Source: Ostrea edulis (lineage: Eukaryota). From it: a stretch of 64,000 bases of DNA. Under the pieces are notes generated by a model. That model was not told the origin of the DNA and searched no databases. It worked only from the letters and a program-made list of their open reading frames with translations. The translations under genes were made by a program, and so were the position numbers. The stretch spans positions 17,298,001 to 17,362,000 of the forward strand of contig NC_079166.1 of NCBI RefSeq assembly GCF_947568905.1, read 5' to 3'. Positions 38,686 to 50,671 of this stretch are shown here, piece by piece; position 1 is the first letter of the stretch, and each line of letters opens with the position of its first letter.

Positions 38686-41600
38686 AGAATTGGATTTAAG
38701 ACCTGGACAGAAGCAAGCAGGGTGGCAAAACAAAGGATAGAATGGAGAGGAATTTTTCATGGCCCATAGATAGAGAAGGAAATAAGTAAAAAAAAATACG
38801 TGATAATAATAATAATAATGATTGGTTTTATATAGCGCCTTTTCCAGCGTATGCTGCTCAAAGCGCTTTACAATAATCAATGTACATTATTACCCCAGCA
38901 GACCTTATATCAATCTAGAACTTTATCAGCCTCCTAGGAAGCATACAGTGCAAGCTGTCATTACAAGCGCTAGAGCACTAACATTCTAACAATATCTTTT
39001 ACTGTCTATAGCCAGGTACCCCTTTTACACTTGGGTGGAGTGAGGAAATTCATGTAAAGTGCCTTTAAGTGCTTTTAGTGTAAAGTGATCTTCTACAATC
39101 TGTATAACAAAGGGTCTTACTGTCTTATAAACACCTAAACACAGTCATTTCATATGTCTTATAAACACCTACACACAGTCATTTCATATGTCTTATAAAC
39201 ACTGAAACACAGTCATTTCATATGTCTTATAAACACCTAAACACAGTCATTTCATATGTCTTATAAACACCAAAACACAGTCATTTCATATGTTTTATAA
39301 ACCTCAAAACACAGTCATTTCATATGTCTTATAAACACCGAAACACAGTCATTTTATATGTCTTATAAACACCGAAACACAGTCATTTTATATGTCTTAT
39401 AAACACCTACACACAGTCATTTCATATGTCTTATAAACACTGAAACACAGTCATTTTATATGTCTTATAAACACTGAAACACAGTCATTTCATATGTCTT
39501 ATAAACACCGAAACACAGTCATTTCATATGTCTTATAAACACTGAAACACAGTCATTTCATATGTCTTATAAACACCTAAACACAGTCATTTCATATCTC
39601 TTATAAACACCAAAACACAGTCATTTCATATGTCTTATAAACACCTAAACACAGTCATTTCATATGTCTTATAAACACCGAAACACAGTCATTTCATATG
39701 TCTTATAAACACCGAAACACAGTCATTTCATATGTCTTATAAACACTGAAACACAGTCATTTCATTTGTCTTATAAACACCAAAACACAGTCATTTCATA
39801 TGTCTTATAAACACCTAAACACAGTCATTTCATATGTCTTATAAACACCAAAACACAGTCATTTTATATGTCTTATAAACACTGAAACGCATTCATTTCA
39901 TATTTCTTATAAACACCTAAACACAGTCATTTCATATGTCTTATAAACACTGAAACACAGTCATTTCATATGTCTTATAAACACCGAAACACAGTCATTT
40001 TATATGTCTTATAAACACCTAAACACAGTCATTTTATATGTCTTATAAACACCAAAACACAGTCATTTCATATGTCTTATAAACACCGAAACACAGTCAT
40101 TTTATATGTCTTATAAACACCTAAACACAGTCATTTTATATGTCTTATAAACACCAAAACACAGTCATTTCATATGTCTTATAAACACCAAAACACAGTC
40201 ATTTCATATGTCTTATAAACACCTACAGACAGTCATTTCATGTGTGGTATAAACACTGAAACACAGTCATCCTGAACTAGTGTCTTATCGCTTTCCAGGA
40301 AACCGTCCCTACACCAATAATTTGGTGTACAGAAATGGTCAAAACTTCACACACAGATGACAACGTGGACTTACCGTGTCGTAGGAATTCTGCCCCCTTT
40401 AGATCTCGGAGTTTTCGATCGTTCATCCACTGATGATTGACAGCCGGGTTTTTCTTCATTTCATCAAAACTACAGTGCTTGGCAATCCTCTGCACATCTT
40501 CTGTTGTCAGGTCTCTCTGTAGAAATGCTGCTACTTTTTTGATACTTCCTTCTAGATCCTTCAAAGAATTCAAATATACAGTATATTTATTTTTACATTC
40601 AGTAAATCTTTTTTCCTTATCAGCATTATTGTAGAGTTCATATCATAAATTAAGAGGCAATTAAATGGAGCAGTCCTTCGGATGAAACCGTAAAAACTGA
40701 GGTCCGGTGTCACAGCAGGTGTACCTTCGTCATGTCTTCATATGTCAGGAACAGGATACTAGGCTGGTCTTTTATTTCCCAGAATTCCAACACATGTCTT
40801 GACCAAGGGCTGTATGGAACTGAAAGTCAACAGTAGCCATTTCTTAACATGTATATATACACTGGCATAGCAGTATTTATCTTCAACAAACACACACAAA
40901 AATAGGTTTAGAAAAGTGTATTTATTTGTGGTAGTCTTAAAGATGAAAATAACAATTAAATTGATACTCTACTATACTCTAAAAATAATGAATGAAGAAA
41001 AACATCTGAAAAATTTCATCAGAATTTCATTTCTAAGTGCTCACCCCTGTCTTTGAGAAACGAATCTACAAAGTCTGTCAGCTTGCCATTGTATCGTGTT
41101 ATACTCCGCAATGATGAGACAAGATGGAAATAGGACACCACCACATCCTTAGGATTCCTCGCAATGTAAACTATCTGTACAACCAAATATAAACTATCTG
41201 TACAACCAAACATAAACTATCTGTACAACCAAACATAAACTATCTGTACAACCAAACATAAACTATCTGTACAACCAAATGTAAACTATCTGTACAACCA
41301 AACATAAACTATCTGTACAACCAAATATAAACTATCTGTACAAACAAACATAAACTATCTGTACAACCAAACATAAACTATCTGTACAACCAAATGTAAA
41401 CTATCTGTACAACCAAATGTAAACTATCTGTACAACCAAATATAAACTATCTGTACAAACAAACATAAACTATCTGTACAACCAAACATAAACTATCTGT
41501 ACAACCAAACATAAACTATCTGTAAATCCAAACATAAACTATCTGTAAATCCAAACAAAAACTATCTGTACAACCAAACAAAAACTATCTGTAAATCCAA

Positions 41601-44557
41601 ACATAAACTATCTGTACAACCAAACATAAACTATCTGTACAACCAAACATAAACTATCTGTACAACCAAACATAAACTATCTGTACAACCAAACAAAAAC
41701 TATCTGTAAATCCAAACATAAACTATCTGTACAACAAAACAAAAACTATCTGTACAACCAAACATAAACTATCTGTACAACCAAACAAAAACTATCTGTA
41801 CAACCAAACATAAACTATCTGTACAAACAAACATAAAGTACCTGTAAATCCAAACAAAAACTATCTGTACAACCAAACAAAAACTATCTGTACAACCAAA
41901 TGTAAACTATCTGTACACCCAAACATAAACTATCTGTACAACCAAATATAAACTATCTGTACAACCAAATATCAACTATCTGTAAATCAAAACATAAACT
42001 ATCTGTACAACCAAACAAAAACTATCTGTACAAGCAAACATAAACTATCTGTAAATCCAGATATAAACTATCTGTACAACCAAATATAAACTATCTGTAC
42101 AACCAAACATAAACTATCTGTATATCCAAACATAAACTATCTGTACAACCAAATATAAACTATCTGTACACCCAAACATAAACTATCTGTACAACCAAAT
42201 GTAAACTATCTGTACAAACAAACATAAACTATCTGTACAACCAAACATAAACTATCTGTACAACCAAATGTAAACTATCCGTACAAACAAACATAAACTA
42301 TCTGTACAACCAAACATAAACTATCTGTACAACCAAATATAAACTATCTGTACAACCAAACATACACTATCTGTACATCCAAACATAAACTATCTGTACA
42401 ACCAAATGTAAACTATCTGTACAAACGAACATAAACTATCTGTATATCCAAACATAAACTATCTGTACAAACAAACATAAACTATCTGTAAACTATATGT
42501 ACAACCAAATATAAACTATCTGTACAAACAAACATAAACTATCTGTACAAACAAACATAAACTATCTGTACAACCAAACATAAACTATTTGTACAACCAA
42601 ACATAAACTATCTGTACAACCAAATATAAACTATCTGTACAACCAAATATCAACTATCTGTACAACCAAACATAAACTATCTGTACAACCAAACATAAAG
42701 TATCTGTAAAATTGTATATAAAGTACAATGTATCTGTAAAATATTATTTTGGCATAGTAATGTTATTCTAACATGCCAATATACAAAATCATAAACTAGA
42801 GATCTGTAAAACATTATTCTAACATGAATTATAAATCATAGATTGTTAAATGTTATTCTGACATAGAAATACAAATTATCTGTAAAACATTATTCTGACA
42901 TAGAAATACAAATTATCTGTAAAACATTATTCTGACATAGTTTATACAAACTATATGTAAAACATCTTTATAGGTTTGATTAAGTCTTTATGCAGACCTT
43001 ACCTTCGGATGGATTTTATTTATCTCCTCTGGTAACAATCTGAGAGGAAGATGTGTTTTTATAATTCTGGGGGAGTCTTTGTTGGCGAGGTCTTGTAGAG
43101 AAGTTGTTGGAAATTCCAGGTATGGTATTCTCTCGTCAGAATCCACAGCACAGCTTGCCTCGAAATCGAGAGTCTGCACCAGGAATACAATTTCCTGAAT
43201 CCAAGTCATACCTGTCAAATCAAACTATATCAGTGTCACCAAACTATCTCTGTGTCACCAAACTATCTCAGTGTCACCAAACTATCTCATCATGTCACCA
43301 AACTATCTCATCATGTCACCAAACTATCTCAGTGACATCAAACTATCTCATCATGTCACCAAACTATCTCAGTGACACCAAACTATCGCATCATGTCACC
43401 AAACTATCTCTGTGTCACCAAACTATCTCAGTGACACCAAACTATCTCATCATGTCACCAAACTATCTCATCATGTCACCAAACTATCTCTGTGTCACCA
43501 AACTATCTCATCATGTCACCAAACTATCTCATCATGTCACCAAACTATCTCAGTGACATCAAACTATCTCATCATGTCACCAAACTATCTCATCATGTCA
43601 CCAAACTATCTCATCATGTCACCAAACTATCTCATCATGTCACCAAACTATCTCATCATGTCACCAAACTATCTCAGTGTCACCAAACTATCTCATCATG
43701 TCACCAAACTATCTCATCATGTCACCAAACTATCTCTGTGTCACCAAACTATCTCATCATGTCACCAAACTATCTCAGTGACACCAAACTATCTCTGTGA
43801 CACCAAACTATCTCAGTGACACCAAACTATCTCAGCATCACCAAACTATCTCAGTGTCATCAAACTATCTCATTGAGTCATTGACACCAAACTATCTCAA
43901 TGTCACCAAACTATCTCTGTGTCACCAAACTATCTCAGTATCACCAAACTATCTCAGTATCACCAAACTATCTCATTATGTCACCAAACTATCTCAGTGT
44001 CACCAAACTATCTCTGTGTCACTAAACATATTCGTCAGTTGCGCATCATTACTTAAAACAACAACAAACTCTATAAACCTACCTGATCTTGGATAACCTA
44101 TAATCCATATATCATTTTCTCGGACGCCGAATTCAGAAATATCCTGCATTTTCTTTTCCGCAAAATTTGGTAAAACAGTGTCTTTGAACAACACCATGTT
44201 GGCCTTACTGCACTGATCATCTTTAACGTCACTGAAGCCTTTCCGTCGTCTGGAGTTACTCAATATGACTTTACTGTAAAATATGGTACCTAGAATACAT
44301 AATCCTAAAGCAAGAGAACCATAAGTCGCATTCAGTAACCCTTTTCGGCGTGCCTCCGTTCGGAATGGAAATACGTATTTGTCGCCTTGTTTAGGCGACC
44401 CCTTTCCTTGATTAAACACATGGGAGCGCTGGTAATATCGCACCTGTCTCTGTATACGATTTAACCATATGCAGTCAATTCTTTGCAGTCTACAAGTTGA
44501 TGTTCTTAAAAGAATAGGGTTTCTCATCAAGTTAAAAACAAATGCACGTGGGTTCAT
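38219..44557 (-). CDS. Cytosolic-family (SULT1/SULT4-like) sulfotransferase with an N-terminal targeting peptide and TM helix; 404 aa
   Basis: Exons 44557-44083, 43211-43003, 41174-41045, 40819-40725, 40558-40375, 38340-38219; all GT-AG, 1215 nt in frame. PSB loop YPRSGMTW, catalytic KTHLP, 3'PB RNPKDVVVSY, VPYSPW, YEDM, SFDEMK, FLRHGKVGSW. Confidence 0.92.
38800..39066 (-). mobile_element. CORE-like SINE fragment with an L2/CR1-type (TAA)n tail
   Basis: Minus strand TTCCTCACTCCACCCAAGTGTAAAAGGGGTACC core and TGTAAAGCGCTTTGAG...GGCGCTATATAAA tail followed by (TAT)n. Confidence 0.6.
39117..40270. repeat. 34-bp minisatellite, ~34 copies, in sulfotransferase intron 5
   Basis: Unit CACAGTCATTTCATATGTCTTATAAACACCTAAA; TGTCTT recurs at 39121 and 39155. 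Confidence 0.97.
41168..42710. repeat. 23-bp minisatellite, ~65 copies, overlapping the exon 3 acceptor of the sulfotransferase
   Basis: Unit AAACTATCTGTACAACCAAACAT; CTATCTG recurs at 41171 and 41194. Confidence 0.97.
43222..44030. repeat. 19/21-bp minisatellite, ~40 copies, filling sulfotransferase intron 1
   Basis: Units TGTCACCAAACTATCTCAG and TGTCACCAAACTATCTCATCA. Confidence 0.96.
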
Positions 44558-44702
44558 TCTGTCAATGTCAACACTGCTTAGTAAGTCGTACGTAAATGTA
44601 GTCGGATTTATCAAAAGAAAAGAAAATGCATGAAAATAAAATATGAACTCACCACTCATTTGTAAATTGAACATTAAAATTTTAGGTTAAAATGTGTTTT
44701 AT

Positions 44703-44859
44703 CACAGGAGTTTGAAATTTTATCAATAAAGTCAATATTAAATTCACTTGTTTGACCAAGCCATGAGCTTCGCTATGCTAACATATACATATGTAGCTCA
44801 TGGCTTGGTCAATCAAGTACATTTTATTGACTTTATTGATAAAATTTCAAACTCCTGTG
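44703..44859. mobile_element. 157-bp hairpin MITE, internal-deletion derivative of the 51839-52607 element
   Basis: CACAGGAGTTTGAAATTTTATCAATAAAGTC...GACTTTATTGATAAAATTTCAAACTCCTGTG with ~65-bp arms shared with the larger copy. No clear TSD. Confidence 0.85.
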
Positions 44860-45262
44860 GTCAATAGAATCTAGAACAGTATTGGCCATTAATCACTTAA
44901 AACAAATGCATACAGGTTACAGACTATATGTTATTTCATTGGGGGGGGGGGGGGGGGATCTAATATTTTCTACTTCAAATAGATAATGAACAAAAACTAT
45001 TTTGAATACTCAACACAGAAGATATTCTTGATCTTGTGGGCAGATTTATTACTAATTACATGATATAGTGATAAATATGTATGTTTGACATTTATAAAAG
45101 AATTATGTGTTCTTGAGAATGCCTTGTCAGCTAAATTGTTAATTATTGATTTATAATTATTCATATTCTATCGTTTGGAATATTTTCTCTTCATTGTTGT
45201 AATCATGTTCATGTTTATCTGAATTAAAAATAAGGTATTCTATTCTATGTATACAGGTTATA

Positions 45263-45343
45263 GCAATCTGATTAAAATCAGATCCTTTGATCCGCTCATG
45301 TAGATCCCTGGCGAATCAAAGAATCTGATTTTAATCAGATTGC
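45263..45343. repeat. 81-bp inverted repeat (tiny MITE-like hairpin)
   Basis: GCAATCTGATTAAAATCAGAT...ATCTGATTTTAATCAGATTGC. Confidence 0.6.
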
Positions 45344-46099
45344 AGATTACAGACTTATATGTACATGTCTTACTCAGTTATCTGCATGTAGATATCAAAT
45401 TATGTATGATAATTTCCTCCCAAATCCTTTTAAATCGATTATAGTTCTGACTTGAGCGAATCCAGAAGAAGGAGAGAGGAGGGGTCCAGTCCGATCAGGG
45501 GGGGGGGGGGGGATCTATGATTTTCAATTTATGACGAAATGTAAGATAATTCTTATGCAAAGCATAAAATCGTCCGCTAAAATTTCAAAGTTTACCCTGG
45601 ATCCAAGCAATCACACAGAAATTGTAACATGAAATGTCTTAAATCAACAATAGAAACAATCGTAATCCCATTCATGAACTCATTTTCGTAGCAAAAGTTT
45701 CGCGAATTAACGCGAAACTTTAACGTTTATATAACACGAAAATTTCGCGAAAATTAGTGTTATACCGCAAAAATTACACGTTCTTGTCACAACGAAACCT
45801 TTGCGGTTTGAAAAAGAAAAACGGTAGACTTTCTAGACAATAAAATGTGTTCAAACCAAACCAAAAGCATATCAAATGACAACATTATAAAACAGTTAGC
45901 TACAAAGGTTAAGTATGTGAGCATTTTAGGGTTCTTTTCCCAAAGATGGCAGCCAAGGAACATAACCTTTAAAATGTGTGCATTCATCCATTGTCGGTAG
46001 AAAATGACTAAGATCACCAAGTGCTTTCTAGGGACGGGTTTTTTAGGATATCAAATGAATAAAAACAAAACTTCGGATGTAGTTCCTACTTCAGAAGTG

Positions 46100-48870
46100 C
46101 TAGCTTGAGACTGGCGAGTTCCTATATAAGATGCTAGCTTGAGACTGATGAGTTTGTATATAAGGTGCTAGCTTGTTATGACATGAGACAGGTGAGTTTC
46201 TATATAAGGTGCTAGCTTGCTTGTTATGACAAGAGACTGATGAGTTTCTATATAAGGTGCTAGATTGCTTGTTATGACGTGAGTCAGGTGAGTTTCTATA
46301 TAAAGTGCTAGCTTGCTTGTTATAACAAGAGATTGATGAGTTTGTATATAAGGTGCTAGCTTGTTATGACATGAGACAGGTGAGTTTCTATATAAGGTGC
46401 AAGCTTGAGACTGGTGAGTTTGTATATAATGTGCTAGCTTGTTATAACAAGAGACTGGTGAGTTTCAATATAAGGTGCTAGCTTGTTGTAACAAGAGACT
46501 GGTGAGTTTCTATATAAGGTGCTTGCTTGTTATGACACGAGACTGGTGAGTCTCTATATAAGGTGCTAGCTTGAGACTGGTGAGTTTCTACATAAGGTGC
46601 TAGCTTATTATAACAAGAGACTGGTGAGTTTCTATATAAGGTGCTAGCTTGTTATAACAAGCGACTGGTGAGTTTCTATATAAAGTGCTAGCTTGTTAAT
46701 ATAACAAGAGACTGGTGAGTTTCTATATAAGGTGCTAGATTGCTTGTTTTAACAAGAGACTGGTGAGTTTCTATATAAGGTGCTTGCTTGTTATGACAAG
46801 AAACTGGTGAGTTTCTATATAAGGTGCTTGCTTGTTATGACAAGAAACTGGTGAGTTTCTATATAAGGTGCTAGCTTGTTATAACAAGAGACTGGTGAGT
46901 TTCTATATAAGGTGCTTGCTTGTTATAACAAGAGACTGGTGAGTTTCTATACAAGATGCTAGCTTGCTTGTTATGACATGAGACTGGTGAGTTTCTATAT
47001 AAGGTGCTAGCTTGTTATAACATGAGACTGGTGAGTTTCTATATAAGGTGCTAGCTTGTTATGACATGAGACTGGTAAGTTTGTATATAAGGTGCTAGCT
47101 TGCTTGTTATGCCATGAGACTGGTGAGTCTCTATATAAGGTGCTAGCTTGAGACTGGTGAGTTCTATATAAGGTGCTAGCTTGTTATAACAAGAGACTAG
47201 TGAGTTTCTATATAAGGTGCTTGCTTGTTATGACATGAGATTGGTGAGTTTCTATATAAGGTGCTAGCTTGTTATGACATGAGATTGGTGAGTTTCTATA
47301 TAAGGTGCTAGCTTGTTATGACATGAGATTGGTGAGTTTCAATATAAGATGCTAGCTTGCTTGTTATAACAAGAGACTGGTGAGTTTCTATAGAAGGTGC
47401 TAGCTTGCTTGTTATGACATAAGACTGGTAAGTTTCTATATAAGATTCTAGCTTGTTATAACAAGAGATTGGTGAGTTTCTATATAAGGTACTAGCTCGA
47501 GACTGGTGAGTTTCTATATAAGGTGCTAGCTTGTTATAAAATGAGACTGGTGAGTTTCTATATAAGGTGCTAGCTTGTTATGACATGAGACTGGTAAGTT
47601 TGTATATAAGGTGCTAGCTTGCTTGTTATGACATGAGCCTGGTGAGTTTGTATATAAGGTGCTAGTTTGAGACTGGTGAGTTTGTATATAAGGTGCTAGT
47701 TTGAGACTGGTGAGTTTGTATATAAGGTGCTAGCTTGTTATAACATGAGACTGGTGAGTTTTTATATAAGGTGATAGTTTGAGACTGGTGAGTTTGTATA
47801 TAAGGTGCTAGCTTGTTATAACATGAAACTGGTGAGTTTCTATACAAGGTGCTAGTTTGAGACTGGTGAGTTTGTATATAAGGTGCTTGCTTGTTATGAC
47901 ATGAGACTGGTGAGTCTCTATATAAGGTGCTAGCTTGAGACTGGTGAGTTTCTATATAAGGTGCTTGCTTGTTATGACTTGAGACTGGTGAGTTTGTATA
48001 TAAGGTGCTAGTTTGAGACTGGTGAGTTTCTATATAAGGTGCTAGATTGCTTGTTATGACATGAGACTGGTGAGTTTGTATATAAGGTGCTAGCTTGAGA
48101 CTGGTGAGTTTGTATATAAGGTGCTAGTTTGAGACTGGTGAGTTTGTATATAAGGTGCTAGCTTGTTATAACATGAGACTGGTGAGTTTTTATATAAGGT
48201 GATAGTTTGAGACTGGTGAGTTTGTATATAAGGTGCTTGCTTGTTATGACATGAGACTGGTGAGTCTCTATATAAGGTGCTAGCTTGTTATGACAAGAGA
48301 CTGGTGAGTTTCTATATAAGGTGCTTGCTTGTTATGACATGAGACTGGTGAGTCTCTATATAAGGTGCTAGCTTGAGACTGGTGAGTTTCTATATAAGGT
48401 GCTAGCTTGTTATGACAAGAGACTGGTGAGTTTCTATATAAGGTGCTAGCTTGCTTGTTATGACAAGAGACTGGTGAGTTTGTATATAAGGTGCTAGCTT
48501 GTTATGACACGAGACTGGTGAGTTTGTATATAAGGTGCTAGCTTGTTATGACATGAGACAGGTGAGTTTCTATATAAGGTGCTAGCTTGCTTGTTATGAC
48601 ATGAGACAGGTGAGTTTTTATATAAGGTGCTAGCTTGAGACTGATGAGTTTCTAGATAAGGTGCTAGCTTGCTTGTTATGACAAGAGACTGGTGAGTTTC
48701 TATATAAGGTGCTAGCTTGTTATGACATGAGACTGGTGAGTTTGTATATAAGGTGCTAGCTTGTTATGACATGAGACTGGTGAGTTTGTATATAAGGTGC
48801 TAGCTTGAGACTGGTGAGTTTGTATATAAGGTGCTAGCTTGTTATGACATGAGACAGGTGAGTTTCTATA
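46100..48870. repeat. 2.8-kb minisatellite of 34/44/48-bp variants, ~60 units
   Basis: Core GAGACTGGTGAGTTTCTATATAAGGTGCTAGCTT, optionally extended by GCTT and GTTATGACAT. Confidence 0.97.
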
Positions 48871-49336
48871 TTATTATTATTAAAATTTATAAAGCGCACA
48901 ATTTTCTATTTAAGGTGTTAACTTGATTTCCATGACACATATCAAGTTGGCTTTGTTATAATTGAACATCACATCCATGATTCAATGGGCTATTTCTCAT
49001 ATATGATACAACAATTACCCAAATGAATCATGTTATTACTCCCTACTCTAGCAAAAGTGAGAAATCACTCAAGTGACTTAGAAGAAAAATGTTTTTTTGT
49101 TTAGAAAGTTCTGAACATACCTAGTACAGCATTTTAACTACTGTAACATCATCAGCATGCAGTTTTATCATATACAAACAAAAACTGATGTGGATCACAA
49201 GATCTGCTAAGGAAAACATATTTTGACTGATTTATCATTTAGTTTTATTGTGTAACAAACAGACAAGTTTCATTCTCTTATGCATGTAACATGTACAAAT
49301 ATCAATTATACATATATAACATTTATAAAACCAATA

Positions 49337-50671
49337 CTATGAAAATTTTGAATATTTCAAATCCATTATTTCAAAAAATTCAGATACTTCTAAAGTATGC
49401 CATTCTGTTCCCAACATGGATGAAACAGCATTTTCAAAATTATCCCTCTCATAATTATCTTCAATAAAATCCTTCACAACTAAATCATCCAGCAATTCAT
49501 CAGGAAGATCGTTAACATATAATATCATGTCATGTCGAACAAGAAGATCTGTGAGATTCTTATTGTGATACACCATCAGAAGAATGGCCGCACTGGACAG
49601 AGCCTCCTTAATCGAGAGAGTCTGAAGTCTGGGACAAAGTCTCGACAGTCTGATCATGTGACGGTCCACTCTGTCCTCGTAACACAGTGGGGTAGGGTAA
49701 TTATAGGGCCGATGAACAAGGCTGAAGTCCATAAATGTGGTCAGAGTCTTACTATGGTATGTCATCAAGGTGCACACGGACTCTAAATATTTAATCCAAA
49801 CGTTTTTTCTGTACACAAGAGATGTCAGGGGCATACTCGGCTTCAAGAAGACTTCCTTTTCTGTCCATTCGTGAGATTTGGCAAGGAAACAGTGGACTCT
49901 GAGTTTGGGGCCGTGCCTTCTGATCTCCCCCCACTGGGCATCACTGATGGCCTCGTTGTAGAACCCCCGAGTTTTCGAATTGGCTACTATGTGGAGGTCT
50001 CTAAGAGACAGAGAGGCCAGATGTTTGAGGAGGCTGAAGTTTAACTGATGGGGAGTCAATGCTAACTCTGATAGGTTCATTAGATACATTAAGTTACTCA
50101 GAAGGCTACTGCTAAATGAATTCACAATCCATAAACTATGAAGGTGGCTCGAATGTTTCAGTCCAATCGGCAGGGGTGCATTTTTAACCCCCGAATTGTC
50201 GATGTTTTCGATTTCTAACTTTCTTATCTGGTTGTTTCTCTGGAGAAACTCATGCATGGTGCATTTCAAAATCTCCATTTCTGAAAACTCTGCACACATG
50301 GAAATGAGAGAAAAATTTCTTACATTGAAGCAGTTGTGCACTATTTTCTGGTAGACCTCAAATGATGAGGTACTTCGTATGGCAATAGAGATATTCTTCA
50401 TATATCTTCCAAATCTTTCCAAACATTCCAAAATACTCTGATGGACCACCTCATACTGTTCTAAGTCGTCCAGGGAAGACGGAATACCGGTCTCGAAAAT
50501 TTCATCCCAAATTCGACCTTCAGAGTACTGAAACTGCTGCCATGCACTGGCCTGCTCTAAAGCCTTGCGCCAAGAAGAACAGGTGTGGAACACTTTCACT
50601 TTGTCCAGTGTCGAGAGGAAACTAAAAATCTTCCCCAAAATGACTTCTGGTGTCTTCTCCCATGACGCCAT
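49337..50671 (-). CDS. F-box protein with a probable degenerate LRR-like body, single coding exon; 444 aa
   Basis: F-box motif MASWEKTPEVILGKIFSFLSTLDKVKVFHTCSSWRKAL, followed by LxxLxL-like repeats. Acceptor TTTTCAG lies 13 nt before the ATG; candidate 5' UTR exon donor at ~51235. AATAAA on the minus strand at 49244-49249. Confidence 0.85.
   Translation of the reverse strand: MASWEKTPEVILGKIFSFLSTLDKVKVFHTCSSWRKALEQASAWQQFQYSEGRIWDEIFETGIPSSLDDLEQYEVVHQSILECLERFGRYMKNISIAIRSTSSFEVYQKIVHNCFNVRNFSLISMCAEFSEMEILKCTMHEFLQRNNQIRKLEIENIDNSGVKNAPLPIGLKHSSHLHSLWIVNSFSSSLLSNLMYLMNLSELALTPHQLNFSLLKHLASLSLRDLHIVANSKTRGFYNEAISDAQWGEIRRHGPKLRVHCFLAKSHEWTEKEVFLKPSMPLTSLVYRKNVWIKYLESVCTLMTYHSKTLTTFMDFSLVHRPYNYPTPLCYEDRVDRHMIRLSRLCPRLQTLSIKEALSSAAILLMVYHNKNLTDLLVRHDMILYVNDLPDELLDDLVVKDFIEDNYERDNFENAVSSMLGTEWHTLEVSEFFEIMDLKYSKFS

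Noticed and set aside
39117-40270. CRISPR-like regular 34-bp periodicity (also the 46100-48870 array)
   Set aside because: Head-to-tail repeats with only point or indel variants, no unique spacers, no cas genes, and eukaryotic intron context.
43104-44096. ORFs with MSPNYLI / HHVTKLS repeats
   Set aside because: Translations of the intron 1 minisatellite, antisense to the sulfotransferase.
44558-44674. N-terminal extension of the sulfotransferase given by the ORF track (MFNLQMSGEF...)
   Set aside because: Contains a strong GTGAGT donor at 44652 and a polypyrimidine intron. After splicing, the upstream ATG is out of frame (a short uORF), so Met 44557 is preferred.
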